In this document: piece by piece, positions 8,989-15,229 of the stretch
How the letters are laid out: each line of letters begins with the position of its first letter
How positions within the stretch are numbered: position 1 is the stretch's first letter
DNA from: a virus
Direction: 5' to 3' (one strand)
IMG/VR virus record: IMGVR_UViG_3300013000_000010
Coordinates: 23,160 to 87,159 of that record
DNA length: 64,000 nucleotides
Notes under the pieces: model-generated
Seen by the model: only the letters and a program-made list of their open reading frames with translations
The model's database searches: none
What the model was told of the DNA's origin: nothing
Made by a program: the position numbers and the translations under genes

Positions 8989-9378
8989 TCAATATTCTGG
9001 TAAATAAAAACCGCGAATACGTGTTGCTAATAGCTTATTGCAAAGGGATATTGCCCCTCTCTGCGCCAGCATCAGCTGTGACTCTACGGGCGATAATTCC
9101 TGAAAATGAGGTAAGTCCTGCATCATTTTAATCATCTGATCTTCCATATCTGACAGTATTTTCAGTTCCATAATGGCGCGCTGCTGATACGGTTTAAGAT
9201 GTGAAACATCGTCCATAACGACGTAGCTTTCAGCCAGTTCCTGCTCAGTTACAAGGGCGATACAGGATCCATTTTCATCCCATAATGCGTATCTGCAAAA
9301 CCCACTATGTTTTTCTATGCGCTCAATGGTTAAAGGCTGCGGTCTTGCTAAAGCGAGACGATTTTTACCCTGCCCCAT
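8989..9378 (-). CDS. Hypothetical protein
   Basis: 129 aa; GAGAGGGA RBS. Confidence 0.7.
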   Translation of the reverse strand: MGQGKNRLALARPQPLTIERIEKHSGFCRYALWDENGSCIALVTEQELAESYVVMDDVSHLKPYQQRAIMELKILSDMEDQMIKMMQDLPHFQELSPVESQLMLAQRGAISLCNKLLATRIRGFYLPEY

Positions 9379-9535
9379 ATATCCCTCTCATAAACGTTTA
9401 TGGTGGCCGGTGCCATACCCGGCAAATAACCTCTCAAGTGACTGGTCAACCTGGTTACTGGCGGCTTTAACCCCTGTGTACGCGACTGAAGAATCGGGGG
9501 CCAGTCTTGCGATCGCAGCAGCAACTGCGAATGCA

Positions 9536-9610
9536 CCACAACGGATAGAGCACTGACCATTCCTAGTCCAATGGCGCTCTGCGCAAAGCATCAATGCTCT
9601 TTCCTGTTGG
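9536..9610 (-). repeat. Conserved stem, copy 2 (RNase III-like)
   Basis: CAACAGGAAAGAGCATTGA ... TCAGTGCTCTATCCGTTGTGG. Confidence 0.55.
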
Positions 9611-9616
9611 TATGCC

Positions 9617-9745
9617 TTATTTGCGGCGCTGCTTCTTCCTGCCGCCTCTTAACGCCCTGATGAATGTCTCGATGGCATAGATGGCCACCAGCGCGTAAAT
9701 CACGGTGAGAAATGGGTGCTCTGCAGCAAATTCTGATAACGACAT
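9617..9745 (-). CDS. 42-aa single-TM peptide missing from the ORF track
   Basis: MSLSEFAAEHPFLTVIYALVAIYAIETFIRALRGGRKKQRRK; AAGGA RBS; basic tail. Confidence 0.65.
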   Translation of the reverse strand: MSLSEFAAEHPFLTVIYALVAIYAIETFIRALRGGRKKQRRK

Positions 9746-10140
9746 AATGCGTCCTTTGTAGAGGAATGCTGTCTCTTCCAGCTGTCAGAACTAATCGCCC
9801 AGGCGCTCAACCTGCAATGACGTTATCCCGCTGGCTGGCACATTCTGTGTTGACCGGATAACCAAATAGACGAAAAGGAAATAAAACGCCCAGGCTCCGC
9901 ACCCACATGTCCCAAATGCCCCACTTTCAGCCACCAGCAGGGATCGCTGGCTTGTCGTTACTGGCCGGGTTCAATAGAGTTGCGGTGACCGTTTCCCGTT
10001 AACGCGATTGTTCACTGAGGCGGGACTTAAACCCGCTTTGCTTTCGCAGCCCATCGCTGACCGCCCGTGTTAATTCACAGGCAAGGCTTCCGCCCCGTGG
10101 ATTCCGGATCCACAACTCCTACGGTGTGTTAAAGCGATCA

Positions 10141-10218
10141 CCACAACGGCCGAGAACACTGAGCAACCACGCGCCGGGTGCTCGTTTAAGTCACCCTTCA
10201 ATGTCCTCGCCGTTGTGG
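10141..10218 (-). repeat. Conserved stem, copy 3 (RNase III-like)
   Basis: CCACAACGGCGAGGACATTGA ... TCAGTGTTCTCGGCCGTTGTGG. Confidence 0.55.
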
Positions 10219-10415
10219 GCTGGTCTTTCCCAGCAGCCACGGCGTGTTGGGGCCTGCCGATACCCTGCCCCGCCACCAGCCAAATTAGCAAGTAAACAAG
10301 GCATCGCCTGGTGTTGACGTGTAGCGCATGGGGGACTGGTGCCACCAGCTGTCCGATACGGAATCTACGGACGGGTCATGTAAAGGAATTTGCAAAACGT
10401 CAGGTAACTATTCCG

Positions 10416-10586
10416 TCCCGCGTGCGCATAGCCGCATTCCCCCATTTGTGAGCACGCTGTAAGAGGTAATCTTTCGCCAAACGCCAGGTAAAACGTCAGA
10501 TGCACCAGCGCGCTCACAAATGGTGATCCCTTACGAGGATCAGGCGGGAACGTGTTTAAGCCTCATGGGGCGTTCTATGCGCGGGA
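10416..10586 (-). ncRNA. Large nested structured RNA candidate
   Basis: Outer TCCCGCGCATAG pairs with CTATGCGCACGCGGGA; inner 18-bp stem CCATTTGTGAGCGCGCTG/CAGCGTGCTCACAAATGG; side hairpin TGATCC..GTAA..GGATCA. Confidence 0.45.
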
Positions 10587-10695
10587 TTAGTCCATCAACC
10601 GCGTTCACTGCCATGACAGGAGGGGCTACTTGCCGTTCACCGTACTCATAACACACCCGGAAAAAGCTAATAACCGGGGGCGGCCCGTTACGAAC

Positions 10696-10759
10696 TGGTG
10701 CAGGTTGACGGAATTGAACCGCCGACAATGGAACACTCTACCGACTGAGCTAAACCTGC
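10696..10759 (-). ncRNA. 64-nt tRNA-derived RNA lacking the anticodon stem-loop (tRNA-Thr-like; pseudogene or mimic)
   Basis: GCAGGTT-TA-GCTC-AGTCGGTA-GAGT-GTTCCATTGTC-GGCGG-TTCAATT-CCGTC-AACCTGC-A-CCA. Confidence 0.8.
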
Positions 10760-10937
10760 TGAATACTTGCCGGTGCATACCCGGCGCGGACACTTAGGTA
10801 TCTGGTCAACCTGTCCGCTTGCGTCACGTATGAGGTCAGGAAACCTCGCCAGATTTGCAGTGCGTTTGCCTCGCTTGCTAAAGCGTTTTCCCCGTTTCAG
10901 CCGTCAGCACACCCTGATGCACTCACGGCTGAAGCTG

Positions 10938-10962
10938 AAAAAAAGCCCGGAAACTACCGGGC
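10938..10962 (-). terminator. Intrinsic terminator in the leader of the RNA-rich region
   Basis: GCCCGG-TAGTTT-CCGGGC-TTTTTTT. Confidence 0.75.
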
Positions 10963-11016
10963 CAAAAACCCTACTACACACAGCAAAGCCTACTCTGGAA
11001 TAGACTCTGATTTGTG

Positions 11017-11056
11017 AAAAAAGAGCGGATTAAACAGACAGTTATGATTAATCCGC
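11017..11056 (-). terminator. Terminator/attenuator close to the promoter
   Basis: GCGGATTAA ... TTAATCCGC-TCTTTTTT. Confidence 0.65.
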
Positions 11057-11111
11057 CAAATGCCTATTATGATTTTTGCACGGAGCCTTAAAGCTCTTGT
11101 CAGCGGGGAGG

Positions 11112-11140
11112 AATGTACACAAAACGGAGTAATGAAGCAA
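11112..11140 (-). promoter_or_regulatory. sigma70 promoter reading leftward into the RNA-rich region
   Basis: TTGCTT-17 bp-TACATT with TG immediately before the -10. Confidence 0.6.
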
Positions 11141-11170
11141 TGAAAATCTAAGAAAACTCTTAGATTTTCA
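11141..11170. promoter_or_regulatory. Operator-like inverted repeat (candidate C1 operator)
   Basis: TGAAAATCTAAGA-AAAC-TCTTAGATTTTCA, perfect 13-bp arms abutting the -35. Confidence 0.65.
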
Positions 11171-11188
11171 AAGCAAGAAAGAAGGGGG

Positions 11189-12478
11189 TTAGCGGCGTTT
11201 TACTTTGGGGTTTCTGATGTTCTCTATGTCGCCGTTCGCCTGCGCCCACTTTATGCACCAGCTGTTCACGGCAGCGCGAATTTCATTCACAGAGGCCTCA
11301 CTCAGCCCCTTCACTTTTGCCAGCTCGTCAGGCAACTCACCACCAGCATCGGCAACCGTCTCATACCCGGCCTTTGTCAGAACGTTAAGGAGGCGTGTCG
11401 GTATGGCCAGCTCGGAAACAGGCGCAGCCTTGCCGTCAAGAATGCGTTGGTGAAGACGCGGGAAATCCTGCGCCAGACGCTTCATGATCCGTGTGTGCAG
11501 CTCGTCATTGATAGCCGTGTCCCACATCGGCGCAAGCTCAGGCAGCAGGCGGAAGACCGGGTTGCCCCATATCCCTGGCACCACGTCCATTGCCAGCATC
11601 ATCGCGGTACGGATCTGGAAGTGGAAATCAGCCGTCTCGATAGACACATCCCGGACACCGTGGAAAACGCTCAGGCCAAAGTGGAAGTTGTAGATGTAGC
11701 AGCCCACGTCGCCAGAGCCATCCGGCAGCTGAAGAAGGAACTGCTGCACATCTTCCCGGCCATCATGAAATTCGACACGCTCCTTCAGATGGTTATAAAG
11801 TGCGGTCGTCTTCATCAGGTCATTGGCCGTTGCGGCGCGCTGGCGGCGTTCTTCTCCGACAACTTTATCCGCGATGTTGAGTTTGCTCTGTAGCTCCTGC
11901 CGCTTAAGGCTGTCTTTTTTGCGATCGGCGCGCTGCTGTGAAATGGTTTTGTCACGTTCATTCAGGTCTCGCGCCAGGCGCTCAGGATTCTTGCGGCGAT
12001 ACTGTTCATATTCCTGTGAGACAGAGGTAAACGCCAGCTGCGCGGTGGTCAGGGCAGACCTGATACCCTCCAGCTGATTCTCTGCATTGATTACGCGGTT
12101 GTCCGCCTCCAGCACCCTCTGAGTAGCCGCCTCACGGGCCTCTTCAATGGCGTTCTCGGCATCGAGCCGAATTTTTGTTACTTCGTTGACCAGTGCGGAC
12201 TGCGCGCCCAGCTGCTGCTGTACCTGCTCCAGTGTGTCTAATAGCAGGTTGTAGGTATCAGCCTCATGATTGAGCCGCATGCCGATATCGATCTGGATCT
12301 GCTCCAGAGCGTTCGTGCAGTTATCAAGAAGGCGCAGCTCCAGGTCATCAAGCGTCAGGCGTTTACGGATGGAATTAAGCTGGCTGTAAGCGGTGACAAA
12401 CGCCTGGTGCAGAACATCGTCATCGACGTTGCATACAGGGAGATTTTGCAGCTGCTGGAGTGGAGCGAGTGTAGTCAT
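11189..12478 (-). CDS. pmgS: PmgS-like coiled-coil protein with C-terminal RNAP alpha-CTD-like HhH domain
   Basis: 429 aa; long coiled coil; PVSELAIPTRLLNVLTKAG...VKGLSEASVNEIRAAV resembles RpoA CTD; symbol from size and phage context. Confidence 0.6.
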   Translation of the reverse strand: MTTLAPLQQLQNLPVCNVDDDVLHQAFVTAYSQLNSIRKRLTLDDLELRLLDNCTNALEQIQIDIGMRLNHEADTYNLLLDTLEQVQQQLGAQSALVNEVTKIRLDAENAIEEAREAATQRVLEADNRVINAENQLEGIRSALTTAQLAFTSVSQEYEQYRRKNPERLARDLNERDKTISQQRADRKKDSLKRQELQSKLNIADKVVGEERRQRAATANDLMKTTALYNHLKERVEFHDGREDVQQFLLQLPDGSGDVGCYIYNFHFGLSVFHGVRDVSIETADFHFQIRTAMMLAMDVVPGIWGNPVFRLLPELAPMWDTAINDELHTRIMKRLAQDFPRLHQRILDGKAAPVSELAIPTRLLNVLTKAGYETVADAGGELPDELAKVKGLSEASVNEIRAAVNSWCIKWAQANGDIENIRNPKVKRR

Positions 12479-12536
12479 ATTGAGAATCAGATCCGCGTGT
12501 AATTTGCGGCGGATGATAACTCGAAATTAACCACTG

Positions 12537-12554
12537 TCTAAGGTTTTTCTTAGA
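12537..12554. promoter_or_regulatory. Operator-like palindrome over the pmgS promoter
   Basis: TCTAAG-GTTTTT-CTTAGA overlapping a minus-strand TTAGAC-17-TATCAT. Confidence 0.55.
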
Positions 12555-12619
12555 TTTAGTTAAACTATCAAGATGAGGTTGCTGGTGGCGTTATCGTGGA
12601 CTCCGCCACCAGCGGAGGG

Positions 12620-12916
12620 TTACAGCAGTTTCAGCGCCGTTACGGCTATGGCGGCCACAGTGATAATCATCAGCACGTTCAGCAGTACAGACGGCACTTT
12701 GATCTCGCCGGTCTCATACTCTGTCTGCGTCATCCTGCCCAGGTAGCTGTGCGAGATCAGCACTGCGTTCTCGTCAAAGCTCAGCGTAGCCCGGACGTTC
12801 TCAAGCGCCGGGCGGGAAATCTGACGTGTGGCCAGCTGGACGATTCCGGATCTCATCTTACCGTTGTCGCCCATGTAGCAGACAGTATGGTAGTGGTATG
12901 GCTTATCCTGGCCCAT
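12620..12916 (-). CDS. Hypothetical protein with C-terminal membrane anchor
   Basis: 98 aa; hydrophobic C-terminus. Confidence 0.7.
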   Translation of the reverse strand: MGQDKPYHYHTVCYMGDNGKMRSGIVQLATRQISRPALENVRATLSFDENAVLISHSYLGRMTQTEYETGEIKVPSVLLNVLMIITVAAIAVTALKLL

Positions 12917-13434
12917 CAGCTGATAACTACCCAGTCGCTGACGCGCATATCGTTAATGCTCAGTTCGTGTATCTCAACGCCGCCGTCCGGTCGGGTCAGT
13001 ATCAGCACGTCACAGCCTTCATGCTCCTGCTCAAGCGACACAAAGTAACCCGCCTCCCACGCTTCCCGGCGCATCAGCAATTCCGGATCCTCTTTCATCT
13101 TCAGCAAGGCGCGGTCATAGCTGCACGTAATGGCACCGATTCCAATTTTGCTCAAACCTTCGATCTGTGCCGTCGTCATGCGTCCGCGTCCTTCTGTTAA
13201 TGATTTTCTCAAGATGTAACTGATCCCCTTCACGCCGCCGAAATAGTTCAGCTGGCGGTTACTCATGCCGCTGCGCGACATAAGCTCCTGCTTCGGTACT
13301 TTGAAAATGCCGACGTCCATAGCCATGTCGGCAAAAACCGAAAGCCCACGGCCCAAGCCGTCGCGCGTCTTTTTACGGCGCGCATACTGCTCAAAGGTGG
13401 GGCATCCGGTAAAAAACTGCGCGTCAAAAAGCAC
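12916..13434 (-). CDS. TetR-like HTH fused to a Tad2/DUF2829-like domain
   Basis: ELMSRSGMSNRQLNYFGG (HTH); YDRALLKMKEDPELLMRREAW ... ELSINDMRVSDWVV (DUF2829 pattern). Confidence 0.55.
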   Translation of the reverse strand: MLFDAQFFTGCPTFEQYARRKKTRDGLGRGLSVFADMAMDVGIFKVPKQELMSRSGMSNRQLNYFGGVKGISYILRKSLTEGRGRMTTAQIEGLSKIGIGAITCSYDRALLKMKEDPELLMRREAWEAGYFVSLEQEHEGCDVLILTRPDGGVEIHELSINDMRVSDWVVIS

Positions 13435-14112
13435 TTATTCGCTCCAGAAACCGTCATTCTCATGCGCTGGCATTGCTTCGCCTGCTTTGAGAACTGCGTA
13501 TTGTTCCATCACGCTGATCGTCTCTTCAGGTGAAAATGATAAAAGAACGTAGTACCCCTGCTTTTTCAGGCGACGCATCCACGTCAGCTGAAACTCAGAA
13601 GGCATATTCTTACCGTGTTTCTGCTCTACCCGCATTCCGTGATAGATGCCTGCCGGTATTTCCAGGGACATATCCGGAACGCCCCGCTTTGCGCCCTCAG
13701 CCTCGATCGCTGCGGCGGTCGCCTTTAAGCGAAATCCTCCGTTTGGTACGGCATACAGATGGTCATAAATAACCCTGTTGTGACGGTGAAAATGGTCAAA
13801 GATTCGAACCTGATCGTAATGCTCTTGTTTGCCTTTGCGCAGATCGGGATTTTTGACGAGAGCGGCCAGCGCTTTTGCGTGAACCGATATTTCTAAAGCT
13901 GCCGCTAACCAGGCAGAGGTTTTGCCGGATTTTACCGACACTCCACCAGCAGATTTAACAGCTGCTTTGGTGCGGGTTTTTTGATTTTTTTTATAGGAGT
14001 GCAACCACTCTTCACTGAAGCGCATATCCGAAATTGCCAACCGATGATTAATTAGTCTAAAAAGTGGATCTGCGTTGGGGGGTATTTTTAACGCTGAGAC
14101 GGGAAAAAACAA
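13435..14112 (-). CDS. VRR-NUC family PD-(D/E)xK nuclease
   Basis: YAVPNGG ... GAKRGVPD ... VEQK ... SEFQ. Confidence 0.85.
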   Translation of the reverse strand: MFFPVSALKIPPNADPLFRLINHRLAISDMRFSEEWLHSYKKNQKTRTKAAVKSAGGVSVKSGKTSAWLAAALEISVHAKALAALVKNPDLRKGKQEHYDQVRIFDHFHRHNRVIYDHLYAVPNGGFRLKATAAAIEAEGAKRGVPDMSLEIPAGIYHGMRVEQKHGKNMPSEFQLTWMRRLKKQGYYVLLSFSPEETISVMEQYAVLKAGEAMPAHENDGFWSE

Positions 14113-14161
14113 GCCTGTAATCTACATCTTTGAAAGATAGTTATTACAGGCAGTTATCATT

Positions 14162-14326
14162 TTACTGGTGGGCCATCCACATGAACGCCAGGCTGTAAAC
14201 GATACCGAGCGTACTGAAGCAAAGCACAAGGAACCTGCCAATCACATTAGAAAAAGGCGTGGCTTTTGCCGAAAGAGTCTTGTTTGAGGTGGCATTAACA
14301 AAATCACGCTGCGCAAAATTATTCAT
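14162..14326 (-). CDS. 54-aa peptide with C-terminal TM helix, missing from the ORF track
   Basis: MNNFAQRDFVNATSNKTLSAKATPFSNVIGRFLVLCFSTLGIVYSLAFMWMAHQ; AAAGAG upstream. Confidence 0.5.
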   Translation of the reverse strand: MNNFAQRDFVNATSNKTLSAKATPFSNVIGRFLVLCFSTLGIVYSLAFMWMAHQ

Positions 14327-14386
14327 GATATATTCTCTTTGTTAGGTGCAGGGGTGTACGTCGCCAAACTGAACCCCTGCAAAGTG

Positions 14387-14414
14387 AAAGCCCGGCCTTA
14401 TGGTCGGGCTTTTT
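14387..14414. terminator. Bidirectional-looking terminator
   Basis: AAAGCCCGGCC-TTAT-GGTCGGGCTTTTT. Confidence 0.75.
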
Positions 14415-14480
14415 CTTTGTCACCACCTTAGCGGCTTAACGCAATCTAAGGGTTTTCTAATTTACCGTCAATTTAAATCG

Positions 14481-14762
14481 CTACTTTTCGTCACTTTTCA
14501 CCTGTAACAGGACTTCCCCGGCTGTTTTCAGACGTTCCAGCGCGTCCTGTAGGGCAAAAATCCAGCTGGCCTTATCCAGCTCCCGTACACGCTTTACCCT
14601 CTCCTGTGTTGATGGATTGATGACCCATACCCATGCTTCATGATCCTGGCGATTACGCATCGTAAATACCCCAGTCGGGGGGTAAAAATTCAGCTCAGCA
14701 CCATTGGCATAGGCATAGGCTTCCAGTTCCTCCAGCTTAAGGTACTTGTTCTCTCGCGGCAC
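14481..14762 (-). CDS. lxc: Lxc-like corepressor
   Basis: 93 aa; after ulx and darB as in P1; weak similarity (LEELEAYAYANGAEL; VRELDKASWIFALQDAL). Confidence 0.55.
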   Translation of the reverse strand: MPRENKYLKLEELEAYAYANGAELNFYPPTGVFTMRNRQDHEAWVWVINPSTQERVKRVRELDKASWIFALQDALERLKTAGEVLLQVKSDEK

Positions 14763-14770
14763 GGTGTCTC

Positions 14771-15199
14771 CTAAAATCTTCTTTTCTCTATGGATTCATC
14801 ATAGCTGACGTACATGTAAGGTTCAGTATCATCCGCCGAAGGCATCACGGGAAGCAGATGTACCGCGCTGAATACGGCATCGTTTTCGGTACGGTCGTCA
14901 GCGTACAGGTGCGCAGCTATGACCGTAAGAGCAGGACGTGAAAGCGAGTATATTTCAGCTACATCGCTTTCGACTATCTGCCCAAATTTAGTAGTAGCAC
15001 GTTCCAGCAATAACGTTTTGACGGCAGGCCACCACGGCCCAAAAGCCCGGTACGCAAACCTCGCACTGCTGACGCGCTTTACTAAATTTTCCAGATAGTT
15101 TACTAAAAAGGCCTCTTCGGTTCGCCCGTCCAGCGCCAGCGGTAGCAGGCTCTCGATGTAGGTTTCGGTTGGCTTGATGGTATCAATGAGTGTCGTCAT
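14771..15199 (-). CDS. ulx: Ulx (DarB packaging/chaperone factor)
   Basis: 142 aa immediately downstream of darB. Confidence 0.7.
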   Translation of the reverse strand: MTTLIDTIKPTETYIESLLPLALDGRTEEAFLVNYLENLVKRVSSARFAYRAFGPWWPAVKTLLLERATTKFGQIVESDVAEIYSLSRPALTVIAAHLYADDRTENDAVFSAVHLLPVMPSADDTEPYMYVSYDESIEKRRF

Positions 15200-15229
15200 G
15201 TTTGACGGCCCTCGCGGGCCGCTCCTAAA

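Noticed and set aside
9388-9594. 68-aa ORF in the track
   Set aside because: Starts inside conserved stem copy 2 and has no convincing RBS or protein features; the same doubt applies to 10070-10345 and 10540-10728
10011-10080. Third tRNA gene (GCGGG-TTTAAGT-CCCGC T-arm)
   Set aside because: No 5' strand pairing with CTCAGTG and no D-arm found; kept only as an isolated T-arm-like hairpin within the RNA-rich region
13801-13811. T-loop-like GGTTCGAATC on the minus strand
   Set aside because: Inside the VRR-NUC coding sequence with no flanking stems
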